A DNA stretch of 64,000 nt from Chitinophagaceae bacterium (GTDB lineage Bacteria > Bacteroidota > Bacteroidia > Chitinophagales > Chitinophagaceae). Below, piece after piece: positions 41,590 to 51,861 of this stretch (within the stretch, counting starts at the first letter, position 1; each line of letters begins with the position of its first letter). Made by a program: the position numbers and the translations under genes. The notes below the pieces were generated by a model. That model saw only the letters and a list, made by a program, of their open reading frames with translations. It was not told where the DNA came from and made no database searches. The stretch lies in the NCBI GenBank assembly GCA_947466405.1, contig CANICR010000001.1, positions 5,779-69,778 of the forward strand, given 5' to 3'.

Positions 41590-41650
41590 AAAAACATTAA
41601 TTATTTTTGCAATTTAGTGAATAATAAATACCAACAAGTGTTAGTTTTTA

Positions 41651-42550
41651 TTATTCTTTTATTACTAAATAATGGGCAAGTTTCTCATACTTTTCTTTAT
41701 CAATAATTACTATTTTTTGAATATCCTCTAATGATTTAAAGGGGCCGTGCTGATTTCGAAAATTAATTATTGCCTTAGCTATTGCAAAACCTATATAAGG
41801 ATGTGATTTCAACTGTTCCAATTTAGCTGTATTGATATCAATTTTCTCTGCCAAATTTTCATGAAAAACAAGCCTGCTTTTTATTTTTTGAAAAACCGAA
41901 TCCTGAAGTCCCCATACTTCTGATATTTGATCTATAGAATAATACCCCCCTAGCTTTTTTCTGTACAAAACAATTCGCCTTGACAGTGTTGGACCAATTC
42001 CAAAAAGCGATTCAAACGCTGAAGTGTCCGCAAGGTTAATGTCTATTTGTTTTTTTTGCTCCTTCACTCTATTATTGAATGAAAAGTAAGGGTGTTCATT
42101 TTTTTTTGAAGTATCTTTTATTACAACATACGGGATTAATTTCAATGCTAAACTTGATGATATACCCCATATTTTTTTTATGTCGTCGGGATCATGAAAC
42201 CTTCCTCCCCTTTGTCTGTATTTTTCTATAGTATGCATAATAGATTCACTCAATCCCATTTGTTTCCATGTTTCCATTGTAATAGTGTTTGGATCAAAAT
42301 TCACGAGCTTCAATAAATCAGGTACAAAGTTTTCCTCTTGAATTAAATTCGAGTTTTGCTTGCCTGAAATTTGATGAAGATTGGAGAATGATGCTATTAA
42401 GCCATTTTGATCATACGGCTTTTCAGGGAACCCCTTTTCTAATAATACAGGCAAATAAATCAAGAAGAGATTTATTATTAACAAAACAACTATGCCTGTT
42501 TTTTCTTTCTTGGTAAAATAAAAATATTGTCTTTTTTGATTAATCCGCAT
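41651..42550 (-). CDS. ComEA-like helix-hairpin-helix DNA-binding protein
   Basis: N-terminal TM, three HhH modules (FDPNT; IDINLAD...GIGP; IDINTA...HPYIG). Confidence 0.88.
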   Translation of the reverse strand: MRINQKRQYFYFTKKEKTGIVVLLIINLFLIYLPVLLEKGFPEKPYDQNGLIASFSNLHQISGKQNSNLIQEENFVPDLLKLVNFDPNTITMETWKQMGLSESIMHTIEKYRQRGGRFHDPDDIKKIWGISSSLALKLIPYVVIKDTSKKNEHPYFSFNNRVKEQKKQIDINLADTSAFESLFGIGPTLSRRIVLYRKKLGGYYSIDQISEVWGLQDSVFQKIKSRLVFHENLAEKIDINTAKLEQLKSHPYIGFAIAKAIINFRNQHGPFKSLEDIQKIVIIDKEKYEKLAHYLVIKE

Positions 42551-42601
42551 TTATGAAAATTAATCTAGTTCTTACAAGAATAAACGAGAAAAAAAACACA
42601 A

Positions 42602-43381
42602 CTAATTGCAATTAATCACTAGGCTATCATACGCCAACTGTATATTGGAAGGAAGTTCTTGATTAATAACCAAATGCTTGCCTAGCTGATGACTAATATG
42701 AGTAAAATATCCTGTCGGAATCTTTAATTCTTCGATAATATCTACCGCTTCATGCAAGGTAAAATGAGAAAGATGCTTTTCTTTTCTAAGTGCATTTAAT
42801 ACAACCATCTTGCTTCCTTTTATTTTTTCTTTCTCTGCTTCATCTATTCTGTTAGCGTCAGTTATATAGGTAAACTCGCCAAATCGAAAACCTAAAACAG
42901 GCATTCGTAAATGCCACACCAATATTGGAATTACCGGAATGTCGCCAATAAAAAAAGGAGCTTCATCGATTTCGTGGAGTTGTATGTCTGGAATTCCAGG
43001 ATATTTTTGTTCCGAAAAAACATACCCAAATTCTTTTTTTAATGCATCTTGAGTGAGTTTATTTGCAAACACTTTCATCGGCTGTTGATGAAAATAATTA
43101 AACGCTTTTACATCATCGAGCCCAGCTATATGATCTTTATGCGGATGTGTAAAAATTACGGCATCCAGTTTTTTCACTTTAGCCCTCAACATTTGTGTTC
43201 TAAAATCCGGTGTTGTATCAATGACAATGGTGGTTGTATCACTTTCAATTAAAATACTGCTTCTTAATCGCTTGTCTTTTTCATCTGAAGACGAACATAC
43301 ATCACATTCACAAGCAATCATAGGAACTCCGCTGCTGGTACCAGTTCCTAAAAAAGTTATTTTCAATGGAGGGGTAAACAT
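42602..43381 (-). CDS. PhnP-like metallo-beta-lactamase-fold hydrolase
   Basis: LGTGTSSGVP, RLRSS, THPHKDH, YITD and THISH motifs. Confidence 0.92.
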   Translation of the reverse strand: MFTPPLKITFLGTGTSSGVPMIACECDVCSSSDEKDKRLRSSILIESDTTTIVIDTTPDFRTQMLRAKVKKLDAVIFTHPHKDHIAGLDDVKAFNYFHQQPMKVFANKLTQDALKKEFGYVFSEQKYPGIPDIQLHEIDEAPFFIGDIPVIPILVWHLRMPVLGFRFGEFTYITDANRIDEAEKEKIKGSKMVVLNALRKEKHLSHFTLHEAVDIIEELKIPTGYFTHISHQLGKHLVINQELPSNIQLAYDSLVINCN

Positions 43382-43436
43382 GTTCGCAAATGATAAAGAG
43401 AAATAAATAGTATCGAACTAGGGAAATGTGGGAATC

Positions 43437-43706
43437 TTACTTGCTAACTTCCATTGCCATCATCTCTTCATACAGTTTCTGACTTTCATGGGTCAAATCA
43501 TCTATATTAACTTTAAGTAGTGGCAATAAATCAATTAATGTATTAATCCTTCCTTCTGTTTGTAGAAATTTATTTAACACCACCACTTTCTTTTCCTGAA
43601 GAATACAATATCCACTCTGAAAAGTTCCTCTTTCATATCGGATAATATACCCCCCTTCTTCTATAACCTTTTCCACTTTGTCAAGATTATGTTGTGTGTA
43701 TTTCAT
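43437..43706 (-). CDS. Conserved-type hypothetical protein (89 aa)
   Basis: Y.IRYERG.FQSGYCIL...VVVLNKF pattern; co-oriented between porX and the MBL gene. Confidence 0.75.
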   Translation of the reverse strand: MKYTQHNLDKVEKVIEEGGYIIRYERGTFQSGYCILQEKKVVVLNKFLQTEGRINTLIDLLPLLKVNIDDLTHESQKLYEEMMAMEVSK

Positions 43707-43844
43707 ATGCAGACTAAAACGATTTTAATAATATTATTAACTACTATGCAACATCGAATATTTATTACTCTTATAGAAATTTACTTTTCAACAATCGTTG
43801 ATAAAAAATTAATGGCAAGTAGCTAAGTTAATGGGTTTAAATAG

Positions 43845-45401
43845 TTATTTGCTTGACATTCTGATTACCGGCACAATCATTTCCTCCAAACTAATACCCC
43901 CATGCTGAAAAGTGTTTTTATAATAATTTGCATAATGATTGTAATTGTTGGGATAGCATAAAAACAAATCGCCTTTGGTGAAAATAAATGAAGAGTTCAT
44001 ATGTGGAACGGGCAGCCCAGCTTCTTTTGGGTTTTTAAATGCCAATACATCTTTTTGATCATAATCTAAATTTCTTCCGTGCTTGTATCGCAAGTTAGCT
44101 GTTGTTTGTCTATCACCTATAACCTTTACAGGAGTCTTTACCCTCGTGCTGCCATGATCTGTTGCCAGGATTACCTGTATTTTCTTATCAGCAATTTTTT
44201 TTAAGGCTTGGTGTAAAGGACTATGCTCAAACCAGCTTGCGGTAAGGCTTCTATAGCTCGACTCCTCCCCTGCCAATTCTTTCAATACTTCCATTTCAGT
44301 TCTAGCATGACTAAGCATATCAACAAAATTGTATACAATAACATTCAAATCGTTTTGAAGTAGATTGTGCATGTTGTCTACTAATTTCTCCCCATCATGA
44401 TGGTTTGTTATTTTAGTATACGAAAATTTAATGTCGGCCTTACCCGCCTTCTCAAGATTAGCTTTTAAAAATTGTTCTTCGAATAAATTTTTACCCCCTT
44501 CTTCTTCGTCATTTTTCCACTGAGAAGGGAATTGCTTTTCTATATCAATCGGCAACAATCCAGAAAAGATTGCATTTCTTGCGTACTGAGTAGCGGTGGG
44601 CAAAATGGAATAAAAAGTATCTTCCTCATGAATTCGAAAACTTTCTGAAAATATAGGCTGAATTGTTTTCCATTGATCAAATCTTAGATTATCAACTAAA
44701 ATGAAAAATAATGAACTGTTTTTTTGAAGATGAGGGAACACTTTTAGTTTTAATAGATTATGGCTCATTATTGGTCCATCATCACTCTTAGGCGAAACCC
44801 AAGATGCGTAATTTTTTGAAACAAATTTAAAAAACTCATTATTGGCTTCTTGCTTTTGTGTATTAAACACATCCTGCATTTCCGGACTATCACTTTTTTG
44901 CATTTCCAATTCCCAATAAACAAGTTTTTTATAAATATCCATCCATTGATAATGATTAGGATTATCGTTTAAAGCCATGAATAATTTTTGAAACTCTTGT
45001 TGATAAGCACTTGTAGTTCTTTCTGCGATTAACCTTTTGTTATCAATCAACTTTTTTAAACTTAGCCAAACCTGATTTGGATTCACGGGCTTAATCAAAT
45101 AATCGCTTATCTGACTTCCGATGGCTTCATCCATTATATTCTCCGCCTCGTTTTTAGTAATGAGCACTACAGGTAAATTATTATTAATTGCTTTTATTTG
45201 CTGCAATACTTCCAGCCCTGAAATTCCAGGCATAGATTCATCTAATAAAACGACATCTATAATATTACTTTTTACAAATTCAATGGCATCATACCCATTG
45301 GTTTTTATCACTACTTCATAATCTTTGTTTTCTAAAAACAAAATTTGTGACTTTAGGCTTTCGATTTCATCATCAACCCATAATATTTTTGCTACGCTCA
45401 T
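43845..45401 (-). CDS. porX: PorX response regulator (receiver plus PglZ domain)
   Basis: ILWVDDE receiver, LLDESMPG, YLIKPVNPNQ, DNLRFDQW, LPTATQYARN, TDHG and TFQHGGIS. Confidence 0.93.
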   Translation of the reverse strand: MSVAKILWVDDEIESLKSQILFLENKDYEVVIKTNGYDAIEFVKSNIIDVVLLDESMPGISGLEVLQQIKAINNNLPVVLITKNEAENIMDEAIGSQISDYLIKPVNPNQVWLSLKKLIDNKRLIAERTTSAYQQEFQKLFMALNDNPNHYQWMDIYKKLVYWELEMQKSDSPEMQDVFNTQKQEANNEFFKFVSKNYASWVSPKSDDGPIMSHNLLKLKVFPHLQKNSSLFFILVDNLRFDQWKTIQPIFSESFRIHEEDTFYSILPTATQYARNAIFSGLLPIDIEKQFPSQWKNDEEEGGKNLFEEQFLKANLEKAGKADIKFSYTKITNHHDGEKLVDNMHNLLQNDLNVIVYNFVDMLSHARTEMEVLKELAGEESSYRSLTASWFEHSPLHQALKKIADKKIQVILATDHGSTRVKTPVKVIGDRQTTANLRYKHGRNLDYDQKDVLAFKNPKEAGLPVPHMNSSFIFTKGDLFLCYPNNYNHYANYYKNTFQHGGISLEEMIVPVIRMSSK

Positions 45402-45481
45402 TTAAAATATGTTTATCAGATATAAATTGTAAAAGTTTGTGTTAATTATAAACAAATTTAATTTTTTAGACGATTGAAGTG

Positions 45482-45489
45482 TAGCTTTG
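45482..45489 (+). promoter_or_regulatory. -7 promoter element for the HD-lpxD operon
   Basis: TAGCTTTG upstream of the ATG at 45541. Confidence 0.7.
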
Positions 45490-45540
45490 TTGCACACATT
45501 TATTGGATTTAACAGATTATTCCCAATTTAATACTTATTA

Positions 45541-46722
45541 ATGCGATTTCATAAAATTATCAACGACCCGGTTTATGGTTTCATAACTATTGATGACGAA
45601 TTAATCAGCCAAATAATTTCTCATCCATATTATCAAAGATTGAGAAGAATAAATCAAATGGCGATGGCTCATTTAGTATACCCAGGAGCTGTTCATTCAA
45701 GATTACATCATTCTTTAGGCGCCTACCACTTAATTCGTTCTGCACTGCAAGAGCTAATTAGTAAAGGGATTGAAATTAATGAACAAGAACAACAAGCTAC
45801 AAAAATCGCAATCCTTTTGCACGATATTGGCCATGGCCCTTTTTCTCATGCATTAGAACATGTGTTGACTAAAGGAATGCATCACGAAGAATTGTCATTG
45901 CTTTTTATGAAAGAACTCAATACTCAATTTGAGGGAAAACTTAAAATGGCATTAGATGTTTTCACAAACAATTACCCGAAAAAATTTTTACACCAGTTGA
46001 TAAGTGGTCAATTAGACGTTGACAGAATGGATTATCTAACTCGGGATAGTTTTTTTACCGGCGTAAATGAAGGCGTAATCGGATACGATCGTATTCTTAA
46101 AATGCTAACCGTTCATAATGGAGAATTGATGGTGGAAGAAAAAGGAATTTATTCAATAGAGAAATTTTTAGTTGCAAGAAGGCTGATGTACTGGCAAGTT
46201 TATTTACATAAAACAGTATTATGTGCCGAACAAATGTTGCAGAGAATTATTAAAAGAGCTAGATCAATTGGCGCAACATGTCAAGAGCCCTTAAATAATT
46301 TTATACATGACGAGTCTTCAAATATAACACTTGATCAGTTTTGCCAGATTGATGATGGTGATGTGATGATGGCAATAAAAATATGGAGTCATCATTCAGA
46401 TTTTGTTTTATCTACCTTATGCAAAGGCATAATCGATAGGAAATTATTAAAAATAAAATACTTCTCTGAAGCAGTAAGTCCAATTCTTTTAGAAGAAAAA
46501 ATAGCAGGAGCTAAATTAAAATACTCAATATCTTCGGAAGAATTATCATGGCTAGTATTTACTGGAGAGGCTTCTAGCAGTACTTATAATTTCGAAAATG
46601 AACATATTCATGTTCTTTTTAAAGATGGCAGTGTAAAAGACATTGCAGAAGTAGACAATGCCTTGATACATGAAAATCTAAAGGGAAAAGTGAAAAAATA
46701 TTACATTTGTTATCTTAACTAA
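45541..46722 (+). CDS. HD-domain phosphohydrolase (dNTPase-like)
   Basis: INDPVYG, QRLRRINQ, HSRLHHSLG, LLHDIGHGPFSH, DVDRMDYL and VYLHK motifs. Confidence 0.92.
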   Translation: MRFHKIINDPVYGFITIDDELISQIISHPYYQRLRRINQMAMAHLVYPGAVHSRLHHSLGAYHLIRSALQELISKGIEINEQEQQATKIAILLHDIGHGPFSHALEHVLTKGMHHEELSLLFMKELNTQFEGKLKMALDVFTNNYPKKFLHQLISGQLDVDRMDYLTRDSFFTGVNEGVIGYDRILKMLTVHNGELMVEEKGIYSIEKFLVARRLMYWQVYLHKTVLCAEQMLQRIIKRARSIGATCQEPLNNFIHDESSNITLDQFCQIDDGDVMMAIKIWSHHSDFVLSTLCKGIIDRKLLKIKYFSEAVSPILLEEKIAGAKLKYSISSEELSWLVFTGEASSSTYNFENEHIHVLFKDGSVKDIAEVDNALIHENLKGKVKKYYICYLN

Positions 46723-46743
46723 TTTCAAATAGTATAGTATATT

Positions 46744-47787
46744 ATGCAATTCAGCGCAACTCAAATAGCAGAAATTATCAAAGGTCGTATTGAAGGTAAT
46801 GCAGCAGTAACAGTTAGTACTTTTGGTAAAATCGAAGAAGCCAAGCAAGGCGAATTATCGTTTTTGGCAAACCCTAAATATGAGGAATACCTTTATAGTA
46901 CTGAGGCTTCGATCATCATCATCAATGAGTCATTACAACTTAAAAAAAATGTCAGCGGTACACTAATCCGAGTTGCTGATGCTTATTCTGCTTTTGCCAG
47001 TTTGTTAGACATGTATCAACAATTGAAAGTTCAAGAGCTTGCTGGCATTCAAGAGCCTGCTTATATTCATCCTTCCGCAATCATTGGAGAAAATGTTTTC
47101 ATAGGGGCCTTTGCATACTTAGGTGAACATGTAAAAATTGGAGATGGTACGAAGATTTATCCAAATGCTTATATTGGAAATAATGTGACGATTGGAAAAA
47201 ATACAATTATTCATCCAGGAGTTAAAATTTATTATGATTGTAGTATTGGGTCGCATACAACAATTCATGCTGGTACCATTATAGGAAGCGATGGATTTGG
47301 TTTTGCACCACAGAAAGATGGCTCTTATAGAAAAGTACCACAAATTGGAAACGTAGTGATTGAAGACAATGTAGAAATAGGCAGTAATTCAACTATTGAC
47401 CGAGCTACTATTGGAAGTACTATTATTAGAAGTGGTGTTAAACTTGATAATCTTTTACAAATAGCACATAATGTTGAGATAGGAAGTAATACTGTAATCG
47501 CAGCTCAAACAGGCATTAGCGGAAGTACTAAGATCGGAAAGAATGTAATGATTGGCGGCCAGACAGGCATCGGGGGACATCTTCAAGTCGCAGACGGAAC
47601 AAAGATTAACGGAAAATCTGGTATAACAAAATCTATAAAAATTCCCAATACTTCTGTGACAGGCAATCCAGCTCATGATTTTAAAGCCGCTTTAAAAAGC
47701 CAAGCTATGGTAAGAGCGCTGCCTGAACTTGATAAAAAAATAAAAACATTAGAAGTTCTAATAGAGAAATTATTAAAAAAAGAATAA
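46744..47787 (+). CDS. lpxD: UDP-3-O-acyl-glucosamine N-acyltransferase
   Basis: LSFLANPKY, hexapeptide repeats, GSDGFG and IDRAT...KLDN.LQIAHNV motifs. Confidence 0.96.
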   Translation: MQFSATQIAEIIKGRIEGNAAVTVSTFGKIEEAKQGELSFLANPKYEEYLYSTEASIIIINESLQLKKNVSGTLIRVADAYSAFASLLDMYQQLKVQELAGIQEPAYIHPSAIIGENVFIGAFAYLGEHVKIGDGTKIYPNAYIGNNVTIGKNTIIHPGVKIYYDCSIGSHTTIHAGTIIGSDGFGFAPQKDGSYRKVPQIGNVVIEDNVEIGSNSTIDRATIGSTIIRSGVKLDNLLQIAHNVEIGSNTVIAAQTGISGSTKIGKNVMIGGQTGIGGHLQVADGTKINGKSGITKSIKIPNTSVTGNPAHDFKAALKSQAMVRALPELDKKIKTLEVLIEKLLKKE

Positions 47788-47795
47788 ATTTTTAT

Positions 47796-50297
47796 TTGCC
47801 ATTGAAGTCTGTAGCCATCAAAAAATTATCCTTTTTAATTGCATTACTTTGTTTGCTCTCGAATATTTCTTTTGCTCAAAAAACAATAATCAAAGGGACT
47901 GTCATTGATGGTTTAACAAAAGAGCCAATCAGTTTCGCCTCTGCCTTTATGAAAAAAAATGGCAAAGGCAAAATCACAGATAGCTTAGGTAATTTTAGTA
48001 TTAATATTGAAAACAATCAACATGACACCCTAGTCATTAGTTATATTGGATATGAAACAATCTTGCTTTTAGTAGATTCATTAGATATAAACAAACACTT
48101 GTTTGTTTATATGGAGAGAAATGGGAAATCAAACGAATTTGTTGTTAAAATAAAAATAAACAAAGGAATGTTTGTATGGAAAAAAATAATGAGTAAGAAA
48201 AAGTATTTCAATAGATACAATCAAAAAAACTTTAGCTACGAGGCGTACAATAAAATAGAAATTGATATTAAAAATTTTAACGCTGAAAAAGCAAAGAAGA
48301 ATTATTTTCTAAAGCCTTATTCTTTCATCTTTAACTCCTTAGATACTACTATTGAAGGCACGCCTTACCTTCCCGCATATCTAGTTGAAAGTATTAGTGA
48401 TTATGCTTTTCAGAAGAAACCAAGGAGGTTTTATGAAAACATAAAAGCTGTAAATGCCAAAGGACTTGAGAATGAAAACTTCAATAAGTTTCTAGGGGTA
48501 ATGAATCAGAATATTAATATTTTCGACAACTACATCAATGTAATGGGAAAAGATTTTATCAGCCCATTTAATGACAATGCTGATTTTTATTACAATTTTT
48601 CAGTTATTGATACGCAAGTAATTGATAACATCAGAACATTTAGATTTGTATTTAAACCAAAAAGATCTGGCGAAAATGTATTTGAAGGCGATGCCTGGGT
48701 GAGAGCAGGTTCCTTTCAAGTGATTAAAACATCTATCTCATTAAGTAAAGATGCTAATATAAATTACATCTCTAGAATTGGAATATTTCAAGAATTTTCT
48801 AAAATTAATGACACCACTTTTTTTTTAACTAGAGATAAGTTTTTTGCAGATTTCAATGCTTTGGGTAAAAACTCATTAACCTTAATTGGCAAAAAAACAA
48901 CTTCTTATAAAAATATTCTACTCAATAGCGACTCTATAAGCAAGTTTTTCCTAAATCAAAAAACAGAGGAAGTTATAAAAGAAAATGATCCGAATATAAA
49001 TAAAACAGATTCGTTATGGTCGGCAATCAGACATGACTCCTTATCTATAAATGAAAAGCAAATATATCAAACGGTTGATAAATTATTGAAGATGCCAAAA
49101 TTCCAAAGCCTACAAAAAACCTTACGCTTTATCGGAACTGGCTATAGAAATATTGATTTATTTGAAATTGGCCCTTGGTATAATTGGATGAGTAATAATT
49201 CCCTGGAAGGATATAGAATGAGATTCGACTTAGGCACTAATACAAAATTCAAGAAAAATATTTATCTGCATGGTTATTTAGCATATGGCATGCTAGATCA
49301 TAACGTTAAAGGAAAAGCAGAAGCATACTGGATTGCACAAAGAGAACCCAATAGACTGATTCTTCATGCATCATATGCTGATGATATTGATAATGGAATA
49401 AGTCAAATTGGCGAAGTGAGTCAAGATAATATTTTTTCACTTGCCATAAAAAAACCAAATTTCAATCAAAAATTTATCCGATTAAGAGATACCAGATTTG
49501 ATCTAAGCAGAGAATGGAGTAGCGGATTTTCCACCTCTTTATTTTTTATACATAGAAACTTCAATCCCCTAAAAGGCTTACCTAATAAATCCTATTTTTC
49601 AAGCAATAGCGATAACGAATTGACCTCATTCGAAGTTTCATTAAAATTAAGATTCGCTTATTTAGAACAGTTTTTGAATTGGGATTACTTCAGGTACTCA
49701 CTCGGCTCAAAGTACCCAATCGCTGAAGTTATCCTCACAAGAGGGATTGCAGGTGTAATGAAAAGTTCTCATAATTATTCAAAAATAAATGCAAATATTA
49801 CTGGCAATATTAAATTAGCGCCAATCGGTTCGCTTTCATTTAAATTACATGGAGGCTATGTAAATGGCAAGCTACCATTTCTATACCTAGAAAATCATCT
49901 AGGTAATGACATTTATTATTACAAATCGAATTCATTAAATCTAATGAATAGATTTGAATACTTGAGTGACAAGTTTGCAGGAATAAATATAGAGCATAAT
50001 ATGGGCTCAGGGATTTTTAAATTTCTTCCTATAACCAGAAAATTAAAATGGCGACAATTCTGGAATATTAAATCTCTATGGGGTGATTTGAGTGATGAAA
50101 ATAAAAAAATAAATGGAGGGGATCTTTACTTTAAATCACTCAATAATAATAATTATACAGAAATTGGAACAGGGATAGACAACATCTTTAAAGTTTTCAG
50201 GATTGATTTAATTTGGAATTTAACTTCAACGAAGATTATCACCTTAAACCCAACAAATAGATTTGGTATTTTTGGAAGCTTTCAAATACAATTTTAA
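47796..50297 (+). CDS. Exported protein: carboxypeptidase-regulatory-like domain plus DUF5686-like barrel
   Basis: Signal peptide, IKG.V.D..T.EPI.FA...SYIGY, YEAYNKIEID, terminal Phe strand FQIQF; TTG start. Confidence 0.75.
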   Translation: MPLKSVAIKKLSFLIALLCLLSNISFAQKTIIKGTVIDGLTKEPISFASAFMKKNGKGKITDSLGNFSINIENNQHDTLVISYIGYETILLLVDSLDINKHLFVYMERNGKSNEFVVKIKINKGMFVWKKIMSKKKYFNRYNQKNFSYEAYNKIEIDIKNFNAEKAKKNYFLKPYSFIFNSLDTTIEGTPYLPAYLVESISDYAFQKKPRRFYENIKAVNAKGLENENFNKFLGVMNQNINIFDNYINVMGKDFISPFNDNADFYYNFSVIDTQVIDNIRTFRFVFKPKRSGENVFEGDAWVRAGSFQVIKTSISLSKDANINYISRIGIFQEFSKINDTTFFLTRDKFFADFNALGKNSLTLIGKKTTSYKNILLNSDSISKFFLNQKTEEVIKENDPNINKTDSLWSAIRHDSLSINEKQIYQTVDKLLKMPKFQSLQKTLRFIGTGYRNIDLFEIGPWYNWMSNNSLEGYRMRFDLGTNTKFKKNIYLHGYLAYGMLDHNVKGKAEAYWIAQREPNRLILHASYADDIDNGISQIGEVSQDNIFSLAIKKPNFNQKFIRLRDTRFDLSREWSSGFSTSLFFIHRNFNPLKGLPNKSYFSSNSDNELTSFEVSLKLRFAYLEQFLNWDYFRYSLGSKYPIAEVILTRGIAGVMKSSHNYSKINANITGNIKLAPIGSLSFKLHGGYVNGKLPFLYLENHLGNDIYYYKSNSLNLMNRFEYLSDKFAGINIEHNMGSGIFKFLPITRKLKWRQFWNIKSLWGDLSDENKKINGGDLYFKSLNNNNYTEIGTGIDNIFKVFRIDLIWNLTSTKIITLNPTNRFGIFGSFQIQF

Positions 50298-50395
50298 TAT
50301 GTAAAATATTGATTATTAACATACTTTTTATTAGATAAGCTATTCATAAATTGTCAAATTCACCAAAAAACCGCTTTTTTAAGCTTTTTTTGGGG

Positions 50396-50403
50396 TACCT
50401 TTG
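50396..50403 (+). promoter_or_regulatory. Internal -7 promoter element for lpxC-fabZ
   Basis: TACCTTTG, 20 nt before the ATG at 50424. Confidence 0.7.
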
Positions 50404-50423
50404 CGAAAATTTATTATTTCATT

Positions 50424-51830
50424 ATGTATAAAGATTTTAACCCTGATAAGCAACATACTTTAGCCGACGCTGTGAGTATTTCTGGTACTGGATTGCATAC
50501 AGGGATTAATGTAGACATGACTTTAAAACCTGCAAATCCTGGTTTTGGATTTCAGTTTCAAAGGCTTGATTTAGTCGGAAGCCTTCCCATAAAAGCTGAT
50601 TGCGATTTAGTTACAGATACTTCTAGGGGTACTACTTTAGAACTTGATGAAGTAAAAGTAAACACCGTTGAACACATACTTGCAGCATTGGTTGGGATGG
50701 GAGTAGATAATTGTCTTATTGAATTAAATGGTCCAGAAATACCTATCATAGACGGCAGCAGTGGTCCCTTTATTGAAATTATTGATAAAGTTGGTGTAAT
50801 TGAACAGGACGCTGCAAAAGCATGGTACAGTATTGATACAAACATTTCCTTTTACGATGAAGCGAAAAGAGTGGAAATGACAGCACTGCCTGCAACAAAT
50901 TACGAGATTACAACATTAATTGATTTTAATAGTCCTGTTTTAGGAACACAACATGCCAGCCTAAAATCAATGAATGATTTTAAAACAGAAATTGCTACTT
51001 GTCGTACTTTTTGCTTTCTTCATGAATTAGAAATGTTGATTGATAATAATCTTGTAAAAGGCGGTGATATTAATAACGCAATTGTTGTTGTAGACAAGCC
51101 TGTAACAGAAGAAGAAATGGCCCGTCTTGCAAAGGCATTTGGAAGAACAAAAGTAGAAATAAAAACAGAAGGCTATTTAAACAACCTTGAATTAAGATTC
51201 CCTAATGAGCCTGCACGACATAAATTACTAGATGTTATTGGCGATTTGGCTTTGATTGGCTATCCAATAAAAGCACATATTATTGCAAACCGCCCTGGTC
51301 ATAGTAGTAATGTGGAATTCGCCAAAAAAATTAAGCAGTACATAAAAAAGAATAAACACACAAAAGATATCCCTGTATATAACCCTTCTCAGCCAGCTGT
51401 ATATAATTTACAACAAATTGAGAAAACGCTTCCTCACAGATACCCTTTTCTTTTAGTTGATAAAATAATTGAGCTCTCTGATAATTGTATTGTTGGAATA
51501 AAAAATGTAACCTTTAATGAATTTTTCTTTCAAGGACATTTTCCAGGAAACCCAGTAATGCCTGGTGTTTTACAAATTGAAGCCTTGGCCCAAACAGGTG
51601 GAATTTTATGTATCAATACTATGCCTGAAGGAAATTATGACACCTATTTTTTAAAAATAGATAATTGTAAATTCAAACAGAAGGTAATTCCCGGTGATTC
51701 AATGATACTTAAAATGGAATTAATTGAACCTATAAGAAGAGGTATATGTGTTATGAAGGGAAGTGTTTATGTTGGAAATAAACTTTGTACCGAAGGAGAA
51801 TTTACTGCACAATTAATTAAAAGACCATAA
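50424..51830 (+). CDS. lpxC: Bifunctional LpxC-FabZ fusion
   Basis: GTGLHTG, TVEHILAA, RTFCF and HKLLDVIGD (LpxC); LPHRYPFLLVD and GHFPGNPVMPGVLQIEA (FabZ). Confidence 0.97.
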   Translation: MYKDFNPDKQHTLADAVSISGTGLHTGINVDMTLKPANPGFGFQFQRLDLVGSLPIKADCDLVTDTSRGTTLELDEVKVNTVEHILAALVGMGVDNCLIELNGPEIPIIDGSSGPFIEIIDKVGVIEQDAAKAWYSIDTNISFYDEAKRVEMTALPATNYEITTLIDFNSPVLGTQHASLKSMNDFKTEIATCRTFCFLHELEMLIDNNLVKGGDINNAIVVVDKPVTEEEMARLAKAFGRTKVEIKTEGYLNNLELRFPNEPARHKLLDVIGDLALIGYPIKAHIIANRPGHSSNVEFAKKIKQYIKKNKHTKDIPVYNPSQPAVYNLQQIEKTLPHRYPFLLVDKIIELSDNCIVGIKNVTFNEFFFQGHFPGNPVMPGVLQIEALAQTGGILCINTMPEGNYDTYFLKIDNCKFKQKVIPGDSMILKMELIEPIRRGICVMKGSVYVGNKLCTEGEFTAQLIKRP

Positions 51831-51861
51831 TGTTGATGCAATACGATCAAATAAATTTATT

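Noticed and set aside
43845-45401. PglZ domain as a sign of a BREX defence system
   Set aside because: It is fused to a receiver domain (PorX); no brxC, pglX or brxL nearby
38928-45455. Exact 15-mer GTTAATTATAAACAA at 38928-38942 and 45441-45455
   Set aside because: Almost pure A/T; such a match is expected by chance in AT-rich intergenic DNA
50424-51830. LpxC-FabZ fusion
   Set aside because: Standard in Bacteroidota
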